A stretch of 64,000 nt of DNA from a virus. Its lineage: Duplodnaviria > Caudoviricetes. Shown in pieces: positions 19,441 through 32,789 of this stretch (position 1 is the first letter of the stretch; each line of letters opens with the position of its first letter). The stretch is from positions 1-64,000 of the IMG/VR virus record IMGVR_UViG_3300029928_000002, one strand, 5' to 3'. A program made the position numbers and the translations under genes. The notes beneath the pieces were generated by a model. It was not told where the DNA came from. It saw only the letters and a list, made by a program, of their open reading frames with translations, and ran no database searches.

Positions 19441-20498
19441 GTACTTTTAGAGACTTGTGGAAATAGCATAGAGCTGCGGGAGATTCTATGTTTACCTACA
19501 ATGGACATTCTTATAATACTCTTAAGAAGGGTGAGAAAATGTCTGATTGGAGTAAAATTTTAAGAGCTGGACAATTAGATTAGTATAATAATTATATTAA
19601 TAATACTAATCTAAATGCGAATTAGGCTACTGGAAAATTAATGGATATGTCCTACAATTATAAGAATCAGGTTGCCGGATAGCCAGTATCTAATATTCCT
19701 CTGGAAGCTGCATCAGTTTTTGGTACAGGTACTGATTAGAATGGCTAGCCAATCTCTTCACAACCTATCTCACGTGCTTAGGATATTTAGATTGAACCTG
19801 TCCCACTTCCTGCCCAAACTGCTCCAATTCCTTTTAATAGAAGTAAAATAAGAAGGTGGATTAAAGTGAATCTTGGAATAAACCCATACAGTCTTACTGG
19901 AGATTAGAGGAGAGCTATCAGAATGGTAGCTAATGGTACTGCGGATTCAAATGATATATCTTTATATAATTAGATAAAAAATACTTATAAACTGACAGAT
20001 GGTTCACAATGGTTTAAAAATGGAGGTATGATTAATTATTATCAATAGGGAGGCCAAGCCCAAGAAGACCCAACATAGAAAATAGTTGCTTTAGTACAGG
20101 CTGCACAACAGGGTGATAAACAAGCTATTCAAGCTCTCCAACAAGTTGAACAGGCGGCTAAACAAGGTGACAAACAAGCTATGCAAATTATGCAAATTGT
20201 TTAGCAGATAATGGAACAGTAGAATTAGGCACAGGCTGCTAAACATGGTGCCAAACTTAATTATCTTGCATCTTTACGTGGTATCTGCCCTGAAGGTTCT
20301 CACACAGAATATTTTAAGGCAGGTGGTTAGATTTGCAGAAAGTGTATTAAAGATGCTGAAGAAAATGCCCAAAAAGCTGTAAAGAAGAATAAGATGGCCT
20401 GTGGTGGTGCTACTAAGGCTGTGAATACTATCAAGGCTGAGATGGGAATTAAAGCTGCTATGGATAAGTGTGGTGGTAAGGCAAAGAAAAAGAAATAA
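19437..20498 (+). CDS. Putative internal virion protein, Gln-rich with repeated xxGG motifs (code 15, 353 aa)
   Basis: Continuous under code 15; FKNGG, YQQGG, FKAGG, MACGG, DKCGG. Confidence 0.7.
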
Positions 20499-20523
20499 GT
20501 AATAGTATTAAATAAAATAACTA

Positions 20524-21111
20524 ATGCTAAGAGTTTTTCAATATAATTCTGCTACAGGGAAAGTAGAATTGGAAGATGGAAACTTACTTTTAATTAAGGA
20601 GTTTCGTGATTTAATGGATGATAATAGGAATAAATGTAAATAGGATCCTACAGGCAAGAAACATTTGAGAGCTTTTAGAGAATTTACTTACATTTGGTTA
20701 GCTATAGATTGGAACAGTCTATATAAAGATTATACGATACAAGAACGGCATTAGGAAGCCTTAAAGGATGGGGAAATTACTGAAGAAGAATGGAACGACC
20801 CAACTTTTAGGGCTGCTTGTCGTAAATATAAAGAATTACAAAATAGCAGTAGAGCTATAAAAATATTACACGCTTCTGAAAAAGCTGTAGATAGAATTAC
20901 AGATTATTTTAATAATATAGATCCCCAAGAAAGAGATGAATAGACAGGTAAACCTATTTGGAAAGTAAAGGATTTGTAGACAGAGATTTCTAATATTCCT
21001 AAACTACTGGAAGAGCTTTAGACTATGGAGCAGTTGGTTAAGAAGGAAATTATGGAACAATCTAAAACTTATGGAGGAATAGGTTAGGGATTCGAACCTA
21101 AAAACTTTTAA
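20524..21111 (+). CDS. Putative terminase small subunit (code 15, 195 aa)
   Basis: Helical protein immediately upstream of terL. Confidence 0.55.
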
Positions 21112-21114
21112 GCC

Positions 21115-23532
21115 ATGCCTATACGTAGTAATAAAATTACTAAGACTAAAGCTAATCCTAGAAACAAGGCTTTAGAAAAATAGGTAAAAGATATTCTAGC
21201 TAAACCAAAACCTACTCCTAAAAAATATATATCCAAGACTCTTCAAGCTAAAAATGATCTTGCTATAGAAAATGCTACTATTAAAGATATTATAGATGAA
21301 GAGAAATTGAAGGAATAGAAAGAGCTTGATGCAGTAGTATAGAAAGCTAAGGAAGCAGTTGTTTCTGAAAAAGTAAATTTAGATGTATGGGACTTTGATA
21401 ATACTCTTACCAATATTCCGTATTTTGATTTACATTGTACTTATCAAGCTAGTGGTTATAGACCTATAGATAAAACACATGGTTTATCTTTTAGGCCAGA
21501 ATGGTTTACTGAAGCTAGAGATCGTTACTTAAATACAGGTCATTACTGTTAGTTTGTATAGGGTTCTAAACTATACAATTAGTTTTGGGAATAGGAATAT
21601 AAAAGATGTAGAGAAGGTCTTACAGTAAATGGTTATACAGTTACTGGCCCTAACTACTTCTTCTTGAATTACTTCAGATTGGATGATAACAGAGTAAAGA
21701 AATCTGGTGCCGGTAGAGATACTATCTTTCCAAGATTTAAAGTTTACTAGTATGAGTTTTTCCATTATTATGAACTTTGTAGAATTTATGGATGGAATTG
21801 TTCAATGTTAAAGAATCGTGGTTGTGGTTTCTCATTTATGATTGCATCTATTCTTGATGGAACATATAGCTGTTATAGAAATAGTAACTGTGTTATCAGT
21901 GCTTATCTACAGAGTTATGTAGATGATACTATGGATAAGGTTACTATGGGATTGGATTTCTTGAACGAACATTCAGATGGGGGATTCTTCAAGGCTAGAT
22001 AGGTTGAGAATAATTCACAAACAAGAAAAGCATCTTACTATTTAATAATAGATGGTCAGAAAACAGAAGTAGGATTTAAGTCTAAAATATCAGGTAAGGT
22101 AGCTGATAACTCACGTAAAGTGAGAGGTGATCGTACTAATGTACTGGTACAAGAGGAAGCAGGTTCTAATCCTATACTAGAAGAATCTGTAATCAAGGGT
22201 GAAGAGCTGGTAAGGCCTGGAGGTAACCGCATAGGTGTCCAAATAATAGGCGGCACGGGTGGTGATATACAAGGAGCTGATGGATTGCGCAAAATCTATG
22301 AAGATCCTACTACTTATAATGTACTACCATTTAGACACAATTATACTCCAGACCATGAATATGTATTATCTAACTTCTTTATACCTGCCTATAAAACCTT
22401 AGATTTACCTGAATTTATTGATGAAAGAGGATGGTGTGATGAAGATAAAGCTAAAGACTACTATAATAAATAGAGAGACTTAAAAGCTAAAACTCCATCT
22501 GCTTTATTAAAGTATTGTGCAGAGCAATGTTTTACTGCTGAAGAAGCCCTTTCATTGGAGGGTAATAATAAATTTAACAGAACTCTCTTAGCTAATTAGA
22601 TAGCTTATATTAGAACTCATAGAGACCAAACTGTTACTGACAATGAGGGTAAAGAACATCCGGCAGTTCCTAAGATATAGAACGGAGAACTTAAATTTAT
22701 ATATAAGAACAATTCTGATGGAATAAAGTTATCTAATATTGTTAGAGTAGATTTTATTCCAGGAGATTCTGGATAGGTCCATGTTCTAGAACCTCCTGTG
22801 GATTAGGATTTTGTAGGTTTATATACAGCAGGTATTGATGCTATTGATATTGGTTAGGAACAAACTTCTGACGCCACAGTAGACCCCTCAAAATTCTGTA
22901 TTATTATATATAAAAGAGCCTTTGGTATAGATGCTCCTAAACCAGTAGCTTATTATATGGAAAGACCCGATAAAATTGATAAAGCGTTCTAGACAGCTTT
23001 GAAATTAATTTACTGGTATAATGCTAGTACTAATATAGAAGCCACAAGATTATCTTGTTGGAACTATGCTAAATCAAGAGGGTTTGCTAAATATTTTATG
23101 TTTAGACCTAGAGCTACTTATATGGACATGAATGCCAGACATTCTAGAACTATAGGAACTCCAGCTACTCCAACTATTATTGATCATCAAAATGATTTAA
23201 TAGCTGATTATGTTGAAGAGTTTTGTGATTAGATTTGGTTTGTTGAATTATTAAATCAACTTACTAGATATTCTCTAGAACATAAAACTAAATTCGATAT
23301 GATAGCTGCATTTGCTATGGCTTTACTGGCAGATGAAGAATTAAAAGGAGTTGTTCCTAAAAAAGACAATATTGATGAATCAGAATGGGAGGATGTTGGA
23401 TATTATATAGATGAAAATGGTATTAGAAGGTTTGGGGTGATTCCAAAGAAATAGCCTCAACAGATTTACAGTTCTTATGGGACTAATCCTAATAATTTTA
23501 TAAGAAGTAGTGACCCAAGAAAATATGAATGA
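21115..23532 (+). CDS. terL: Terminase large subunit (code 15, 805 aa)
   Basis: Walker A-like 'LKNRGCGFS', 'RGDR..VLVQEEAG', 'GGTGG', RNase H-like 'AGIDAID', 'KFDMIAA'. Confidence 0.92.
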
Positions 23533-23779
23533 ATTAATTTCTAAAATTAGAAAAATAATTTTTGATTAGTATAAATGTATTTTTAACGGTAAATTAGAGG
23601 TGCTGAAAAATTCTTCTGGATATTCTTTAATAATTGGGATTCCGTCAAACGATAAGCCTTCTACGATAAATGTGGATGGGACAGAAGAGGATTTTATTAA
23701 ATTTATTACAGAAGACTTTAAAATTAATAAACGATATATTTCTGATTTTAGAAAAGTCGAATTAAATAATTATGACTAA
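23525..23779 (+). CDS. Small conserved protein between terL and portal (code 15)
   Basis: Overlaps both neighbours; 84 aa. Confidence 0.65.
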
Positions 23780-25970
23780 CGAAGAATACATTTAGTTTAC
23801 AGATAAAACTATTTCTGAATTAGTATATGATAAATAGGAGTTATAGAAAGCCTATAATTACTATGATGGAATACTAGATGAAGACTAGTATAGATTTCTA
23901 GAAGAAGAATATGGTATCGGAAATCCTACTTCTATAGAGTTTGTTCCGTTAATTAAAAAACATGTAGATGCTTTAGTTGGAGAAATATTAGGAACTCCTA
24001 TATTACCTAAAGTAACTTGTAAGGATTCTGATACTATATCTAAAATTACTAGAGAGAAAGAATTATATATTAATCAAGAAGTATTATAGTTTTTAAACAG
24101 AAGACTGTAGAATAAAATGGTTCAATCCCTACAGGATGACAAGAAGATGGTAGATTCTGGAGTACAAGAAGCTATAGATGCCTTAAAAGAAGATTTAGAC
24201 ACCAGCTTTGTTTCTGAGTACGAGGTTGCTGCCCAAAATGTAGTTGAATACATTTTACAGTCTAGAGATTGTGACATAAAGAATAAAATCAGATAGTTGT
24301 GTCTGGATATATGTATAACTGGACAAGATTATTTTAGAGCTATTCCTTCAACATCTAATAATAATGTTCATATAGAAATATTTGATCCTAGAAATGTTTT
24401 TGTAGAACGTGACCCTAATTCTAATTATGTAAAAGACGGTGTAAGAGCTGTAATACGTAAATGGATGACTAGGTAGGATATTATATCTCAATATGGTAAA
24501 CAATTATCTAAAGAGGATATAGATGGATTAGATTAGCTTTGGAATGATTTAAGTAGAGAAGTTAATACTTCTACAATAACTGCTGTAGGAGCTGGTCAGA
24601 CAGTTCCACTTAATGCTAGAAGCACTAAGTAGCACGTTAATGCAGGTTATCCTATTTCTGAAAGAGGTGATGAGATTAATAATCTCATTCCTGTCTATGA
24701 AGTAGAATGGATTGAATCTGACACTAAGACATATATCTAGAATAGATATAAGACTGTTAGAATAGGAGAAAATATTTATATAGTAATAGGTAAAGATCCT
24801 AATGTAATTAGAAGTTAGTCACATCCTGAGAAGTGTACTTTATCAATTAATGGTGTACAATATACTTAGAGAAATGGACAACCTTATTCTCTAGTACTTG
24901 CTTGTGCGGCATTACAAGATAAGTATAATTTACTCTGTTTTTACAGAGATAATCTTATAGCTTCTTCTGGTACTGTTGGAGATATTATCGATATATCCGT
25001 ACTTCCTAAGTTACTTGGAAATAAACTTCCTGAAAGATTAAAGAAGTGGATTTCTTATAAGAAAGCAGGTGTTGCGTTAATCGATACTTCTCAAGCAGGA
25101 AGACTTGAATAGGGTATGGCTTCTCCTAATACTATTTATAATGGATATGATGATACTATTAAAGTTCAAGCTATTCAGGCAATACAATTGGCTATACAAT
25201 CTGTAGAAGATACAACATCTTCTATTACAGGAGTATTTAGAGAGCGATTAAATGGAATATAGCAAAGAGATGCTGTAACTAATGTACAGACTTCTGTAAA
25301 TAATTCATTTATAGTTACTAAGAGTTTTACATAGTAGGTTGATACTATTATTGAAGAATTACTATTAGATTCTTTAAATGTAGCTAAAATTGTCTTTAAA
25401 AATGGATTGACTGGAACTATTATATTAGGAGATAAACAATCTAGAATATTTACAGCTTTACCTGAATATTTTACTCTTACTGATTACGACATACATATTG
25501 TAACTAATTCTGATATAACACGTCAGTTAGAATAGTTAAAATAGATAGTACCTGAATTTGTTAAAGCACAAATTGTACCTCCAGATTTAATTATAGAAGC
25601 ACTTACTTGTACCAGTCTTACTGATTATAAAATCAAAGTACATAAAGCTATAAAGAAATAGCAAGAAAAGAATGACTAGTTACAACAACTTTCCCAACAA
25701 CTTCAAGAGGCTTAGCAACAAATGAAGTAGATGCAATCTGAATTATAGAAAGCTTAGACTAAGGTTCAACAACTTAATGAAGCTAAGTTAAAGTTAGAGC
25801 AGGAAAAGAATAAAGCTACTATGGAACTTGAGTGGTATAAGGCTAAGACGGATAGGGAATATAAATAGAATTTAATGGATGAACAATCAAAGAGAACTTA
25901 GATTGAAATAGACTAGTTACATGATGGGAATCCATATAATGACAAACTTAAACAAGTAACAGGATCATGA
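23772..25970 (+). CDS. Portal protein (code 15, 732 aa)
   Basis: 'FVPLIKKHVDALVGE', 'SSITGVFRERLNGIQQRDAV', C-terminal coiled coil and 'DGNPYND'; follows terL; absent from the standard-code track. Confidence 0.88.
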
Positions 25971-26152
25971 GTTGCGGCAATAATTGTAATGTAATAAAAC
26001 CAATACCATTTAAACCTTTACCAAAATGTCCTCCACCACCTCCATGTGGTAGTCCTTGGGATTATAGAGGGCATTCCTACGGTATTAAAATAGATACAGA
26101 ATTTGGAGATTGTATATTAACTGAAAACGGAAATCATATAATTACAGAATGA
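25967..26152 (+). CDS. Small Pro/Cys-rich protein
   Basis: ATGA overlaps at both ends; 'ILTENGNHIITE'. Confidence 0.65.
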   Translation: MSCGNNCNVIKPIPFKPLPKCPPPPPCGSPWDYRGHSYGIKIDTEFGDCILTENGNHIITE

Positions 26153-28014
26153 GTTGTTAGTGTACTAAAACCGATAGGGATTACAGAATTACTACTTATG
26201 TAGATAAAGACTCTCTGATTCCAATAGTTAGAGAGTATTGTGATTATTGTAATGATCCTTGTAAAAAAGATTCCGCAATATCTGTATCTTCATTTGTAGA
26301 TCAGTTATATAGAATGTTAAGAAGTAAAGATGACATTGATGTTATCTTGAAGTAGCTTTCTACATTACTTAATAAAACACATTCTATGTCTGTAGAAAAT
26401 AGATAGCTTATAGAAGAAATCCGAAATGAATTAGATTCGAGATTTCATAGATTATATTTCGTATCAGGCAGTTTTAAAGAAGATGTGTATGATGGGAAGG
26501 CTGATAAAACTATTTATATTCCAACAAGTATAAAAGATTTTTCAGATGTTCCTGATTATATTATAACAGATTTTTCTTTAGCTAATGATACTCTTTCTAT
26601 TGATTAGAATAATGGAATAAGTAAATCTATAGAAATGCCTTATGGTATTTAGAATATTTCATTATCTAATAATGTATTACAGGTTGATTAGAAGAATGGT
26701 TCTAAACAACTTACTTTACCTTATAGCATTACAGATTTTTCTATAAGTGGATCTAATATTAACCTTACACAGGCTAATGGATTTTCTGGATCTGTACATA
26801 TTCCTTCTGCTACAGAACAGGGTGCTGTAACTAAAATTAAGTATTATAAGACTGGAGAAACTTCAGCTACTACAGCTACTTCTGCAGATAATGCAATAGA
26901 TTTAACTCCAATACTTGGTAAACATAGTATTAAGTATTACAAACTTGGAGAATCTACACAGTCTGTTGCAAATATTGATACAGAAGGTGTATTCGACCTT
27001 ACTGGTTTGATGGGACAGAATACTGGTGTTCTAAGTATTACTTATAATAAAACTGGTTAGAACACAACTACTACAGTCACTATAGACAAATCTGGTAATT
27101 TCGATCTTACTGGAATTTTAGGTAATCAGACAATTACTTATGTTAAACCTGGAGAGACTACTACATCTACAGTGGGAGTTGATGCTAATGGTAATTTTGA
27201 TTTATCAGCATTAAATGTAAATAAGTTATCTCAATTGACTGGAGATACTACTATCACTACTCCTAAACTTGGAGATATTGTATACTATACAGGAAGCTCT
27301 TGGCAGAATAAGAATATTGTAGAAATGATTAATTCTGATGCTCCCCTATATACAATAGTCTCTGAATTACCTACTTCTGATTAGAAATCTAATACAATTT
27401 ATATTGTACCTAATACATCTTCTACCGACAGTTAGAATGTTAAAACAGAATATGCTTGGGTTGACAGTAAGTGGGAAAAGTTAGGTGAATTTAAACCTGA
27501 TGTAGATTTATCTGGATATATTCAGAAACCTGAAGGAGCTGCTGAAAATCAATTCCTTGTTTACAAAAACGGCTCTTGGACTAATTTAACAATTACTCCT
27601 ACAGAAGGACAGGTTATTTATTATACTAATAATAGTTGGACATCATCTTCAGTTGATAGCTTAATTAAGAACTATCTTGATACAAATATAGATAAACTTA
27701 TTAAGAATTATCTTGATGCAAATATTGATTCTTTGATTAAGAAGTATTTAGATGCAAACCTTGATGCCCTTCTGAAGAAATACTTAGATGCTCATATCAA
27801 TGATTACATTAAGAGTTATCTTGATGCTCATGCTAATGAGTATATTAAGAATTACTTAGATGCAAATCTTGATAGTCTGCTTACTACAAAACTTACTGCT
27901 TTAGGATTGATTCCAGTTATTTGGAAACGTGATACGGATTCTGGTATGATTACTCCTAAACAGAATGCTAATGACGATGTAACTGTAGGTAAAATATATA
28001 GTACTGAACACTGA
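26149..28014 (+). CDS. Fibre protein with internal repeats (code 15, 621 aa)
   Basis: 'IVSELPTSDQKSNTIYIVP...EYAWVDSKWEKLG...VDLSGY' fibre module; ~32-aa and 12-aa repeats. Confidence 0.75.
27661..27882 (+). repeat. Six 36-bp coding repeats (IKNYLDANID.L)
   Basis: LIKNYLDTNIDK / LIKNYLDANIDS / LIKKYLDANLDA / LLKKYLDAHIND / YIKSYLDAHANE / YIKNYLDANLDS. Confidence 0.85.
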
Positions 28015-30197
28015 TGGCGACGCTTAGTAAAAATAAATAGGTTGTAACTCAGGGTTGGTTAAAAGCTCAAATGAGTGATTCCAGCTCTGAATTATACCTA
28101 TAGAATGAAAATGTATCTAAATTCACAGATCTAAACAGAGGAATTACAGCAGAGGAAATTAAAAATAGTACTTTTGTTACATATAGTGCAGATTCTTCTG
28201 AATACGGATTACACTTAAGGAATTATGAATATTCTAATAGTGGAAATACTCCTTATGCTGATAATTAGTATGTAATTAAAGAGGATCTGTTTGCTACCAA
28301 CAAAGTTATTGATTATAATAATTCAACTCTGACTGCAGGAGATATGGATCCTATGGGAGGAGTTTCATAGTTGGTATTTAATGTATATTCCAATGTTGGT
28401 AGTGAACAAGTTGATTTAACTTAGGAAGATAATTTTAATACCTATGGACAGTATCTAAAGATAGGAAGTGAGAAAGCTGAGCTTTTAAATATTCAAGGAA
28501 CAAATAAAGTAGTGTTTAGTAATAATATAAATGCTACTAAATACGATAAGAGTAAGAGAATTGATTTAGTTATTAATGGTTCTACTATTTCAGAATCTGT
28601 AAACTAGACTACTGATGATTTAGGAGTATTTACTAAAGGTAGAGGAACTATTACTGATGGTAAATTAAATTCTAAGTTGTGTTCTAATCTTACTGATGCT
28701 AATTGGAAGTCTGGAGGTACTCACTTTACCTTTGGTGGAGGTATTAAGAATGTAGCGGAAGCTGATGGCGGCGACTGGTATATAACTGATGATATTCTTT
28801 ATGAAAGAGGTACAGTATTACAAAGGAATGTTGTCTCAGACCAATTACAAAAAAGTACTGGAGTCACCCTCAGTAGTGTATATAGTGGGAAGTATCATAT
28901 ATCTTGGGACAAGGATTAGGCTTCTAATAAATGGATATTTTTAAGGGACAGCACTGATTTAAGTACAGAATGTCCTGATACATATACAGGAGCTAGATCT
29001 AAATATTATTATGTAACATATAAATGTTATTATAGGTAGGTTACTCATAATTATGGCAAGACTGCTATCTTATATGCTGAATCTTACCCTGAAAAATTTA
29101 AGAGTTAGGGATTACCTTATATATACGAGTTTGAAGAAACTGATAGTAGTGGTAGAGATGGATTTGATTTAAATTAGGATTCTAAACCAGATAAAAAGTA
29201 CTTCAGCAATACTCAATACACTAATCCTACACTTGTGTATTTATCGGTAGGTACATAGTTATAGATTAATACTTCCAACTCTAACTTCTCTATTACTTAT
29301 GCAAAGGGAGCTACTGCTACTCAATATCCAGACTTCTCATTAAATAGTGGTAATGATGGAAATTCTTGGTATGGAGCTATATTCTGGCTAGATCCAGAAA
29401 ACTGTTATAAAGAAGATGGTGTCATATATCTAAAGGCTGATGATGCAAAGACTTATACAGACGATTGGAAGACAAATGTCCATTATATGAGAGAAATCCA
29501 TACAGATTACTCAGATAAATATCATAGACACGATTAGTCTATATATGGAACATCTGGGAATGACGACAATACACAATGTGGTATGATCTATTGGCCTGCA
29601 GTATATTTAGACCTTTCAGTTTACTATACTCCTTTATATACAACCAGAAATTTGAACTAGATGGTTTTAGATACTTACGGTCCTAATAAATTATCTACAG
29701 ACTATGTAGCTCAATCACGCGGGAGTCTGGCTAAAGAATGTGGAGATACGGTTACTGTAAATGGTACTAGTGTGAAAAAATATAAATATTGCACTAGCGG
29801 AGATACATGGTGCGGAACATATATCGAATATAGTGGGTGGTATCAGGCATCTGCTTCCGGTGATGGAAATAGTTTTGTAATAAAAGAGGTTCCTGGAAGC
29901 GATAGTAATTTTATATCAGGTTATGCATCTTAGTCTGGAAGTTCTGTAAAATTATCATTTACTAGTTCTTCAAGCCCAACAGTTACAGCTAACGATTCTT
30001 CAGTAACCATTTCTGATACAACTACTAGCAGTACAACTATAACTGCATCTAAAGATTGCAGTGAACCACCTAATGTAATAGTAACACTTACCTGTAATGG
30101 GGATACAATACAGCAATCTATAGATAATTAGAATAGTACAGGGCTTTCTTATAGTACATTGTGTGCCGCAGTTCCTGATAAAATAAAGGCTAAATAA
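28014..30197 (+). CDS. Large structural/fibre-associated protein (code 15, 727 aa)
   Basis: Same-frame fragments join; Ser/Thr/Gly-rich with an Ig-like beta-rich end. Confidence 0.7.
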
Positions 30198-30212
30198 TAT
30201 TTTTAATAAATT

Positions 30213-32348
30213 ATGGGATATAAAATTTCTGAATTTAGAGAACCTAAACATCTTTTGCCAATGGATTTAATTCCTATGGTATAGAAAGGTGAGAATGTTT
30301 CAATAACATTAGATCATTTTATTCACGAATTGTAGGATATTTTAAATCATATTCCTAATTCGTTTGTAGTTGTAGCGCAGGAAGCTAAGGTTAGATCTAT
30401 TGAAGCTACTGTGAAGTCTGAAGAGGCTTTGCGTGCTGCCAAAGATGCTTATGATGCTTCTCAGGAAGTTTCACAAGATTTGACAGATTTAAAGAGTGAC
30501 GTTGCTGCAAATACTAAGAATATAACTAAACTCAACGTAGATAAAGAAACTTTAAAGACTTAGATTCAAGAAGTAAATGATTTACTCGAACTTGCTAAGC
30601 AGCAATTAGACGTAACTGTTCTTACTTAGAATACTGCCACTCTTTCTAAGTTTGTCATTAAGAAAGGTGATGTTACAATAGCAACCATTGCTATTCCTGT
30701 AGTAGATACTTCTCTTACAATGGCAGGCTGTTCGGCAGATTCTAAAGCTACTGGCGATGCTATTCAGACTGTTAGGAATGCAATTCCAACAAAGTTGTCT
30801 GCTTTTGCTAATGATGTAAATTATATTACAGAAGCTAATGCAGATTCTAAGTACCTTAATAAGACAGAAGCTGCTTCTATTTATCTTTCACAGAAGAATG
30901 CAGAAAATAAATTCTTGTCTAAGACAGATGCAGCTATCACCTATCCTTCTAGAACAGAAGTAGCTAATGATTATCTTACAAAGCAGGATGCATCTGTTAC
31001 TTATCCTTCTAAGACAGAAGTTGCTTCTAAGTATCTCTAGAAAGATGATGCTTCTAATACTTATCTTAGCAAGTCTGATGCAGATATAAAGTATCTTAGT
31101 AAGGATACTGCTGAAGATACATATTTGTCTAAGACTAAGGCTAATGATGTGTTCTTGAGTAAGGCTGATGCTGACCAGCAATATCTTTCAAAGGCTGCTG
31201 CTAATGATGCATATCTCAGTAAGTTGGATGCACAGCAGACTTACCTCAGTCAGGATAAGGCTACTCAAACATATCTTACTAAGAATGACGCAGCTACTAG
31301 GTATTACACTAAGGTAGAGATTGATAATAACCACTACACTAAGGATGAGACAGATGCTTTAATAGATAAGTCAGTTAAGGATTACACAATCAGCTCCGAT
31401 ACTATCGAAAAAGATTATGCCAAGAAGACTTATGTAGATGAAGCTATTAAGAATAAAGTAGCTTCTGTATATACTTATAAGGGTTCTACAACTTATGCTA
31501 ATCTTCCTTCTAATGCCTCTACTGGTGATGTATGGAATGTAACAGATGCTCATGACAATGTTCCTGCTGGTACTAATTATGCTGCTACAGTTTCAGATGC
31601 TGGTGTAGTTACTTGGGATGCTCTTGCAGGTGATATTATTGTGCAGAATAATGCTACAGTTCTTACTAAGGATGTTGCAACTATTGCTATTATTAATGGT
31701 AAGAGTATTACTCTTTCTAGAGAATAGATTCCTGTAACACAGGCTGCTCCAGTAGCTCTTACTAATGAGAGTAAAGTAGTTGCTACAATTGATGGTACAG
31801 ACATTAAGGCTTCTATTGCAGCTGACGATACTTTGAGTACTTCTTCTCAAAACGCCGTACAGAATAAAGCTGTTACAGAAAAGTTGAATGATTTGACCAC
31901 TTCTTTAGCTAATACTACAGAAGCTACTCACACATTAAATGATAAGTATACTGCTTTAGCTGCAGATGTTGATACTAACAAGCATAAGATTGTAGATCTC
32001 GATAACAGACTTACAACTCAGGAACAGAAAGAAGTAAAAGTAGTTTGCGCAAATGCAACTATTGGAAATACTCTTACTACAATTGCTACTATTAATAATG
32101 TAGAAATTAAAGCTAGAGTAGATGCCTCATCTTCTAGTACTGTAGATGCTGCTCTAGATGCTACTTCTGAAAATGCTATATAGAACAAAGCTGTTACAGC
32201 CGAAATTAATGCACTGAAGTAGAAGAATACTGAGTTACAAAATACTATTACAACTCTGCAGACAAATCTTGAGGCATTGTAGAAGTCGTTTAACGAAATT
32301 ACTAAGGAAACTGTAACTAATATGTTTACTCAAACTTCTGGAAATTAA
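30213..32348 (+). CDS. Fibre protein with coiled coils and 11-aa repeats (code 15, 711 aa)
   Basis: YLSKxDAxxxx repeats; 'YTYKGS..YANLP..ASTGDVWNV'; two 'S.NA.QNKAVT' motifs. Confidence 0.8.
30820..31350 (+). repeat. About 15 tandem 33-bp coding repeats (YL[ST]KxDA)
   Basis: YLNKTEAASIY, LSQKNAENKF, LSKTDAAITY and further units. Confidence 0.85.
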
Positions 32349-32361
32349 GATAATTAAATAA

Positions 32362-32400
32362 TTATTGGTTAGGGGGTTTTCTCCTAACCAATAAATTTTT
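32362..32400 (+). terminator. Rho-independent terminator
   Basis: TTATTGGTTAGG...CCTAACCAATAA then a T-run. Confidence 0.7.
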
Positions 32401-32413
32401 TAAACTCTCATTT

Positions 32414-32710
32414 ATGAAAAAAATATATAATTTCTTTTAGAAAATTAATACTTGGCTTGCTTCTTTTGGGGCTGATAGATATTTACATCTTGTAGCAGGT
32501 ATTTTAATTAGTTTCTTTGTAATTATGGGCTTTCAAGCATGGTAGCAAGAAACTTTACTTATAAGTACAGTAGTAGGTTATATTATTACTGTTGCTATAG
32601 GTTTGGGCAAAGAAGTTTTAGATTAGAACTATACTGGTAAATCAGATATTACTGACTGGTTATTTACTGGAATAGGCGGATTGATTGGAGCAGCTTTATT
32701 TGCTCTATAA
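32414..32710 (+). CDS. Small multi-TM membrane protein (code 15, 98 aa)
   Basis: 'DRYLHLVAGILISFFV...GLGKEVLD...DITDWLFTGIGGLIG'. Confidence 0.7.
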
Positions 32711-32789
32711 TAATTTTACAACAAAATAGACTAATTGGATTGATACGGTACGGTAGTAAGGAGGAAATTACTACCTTAAATTAAACAAA

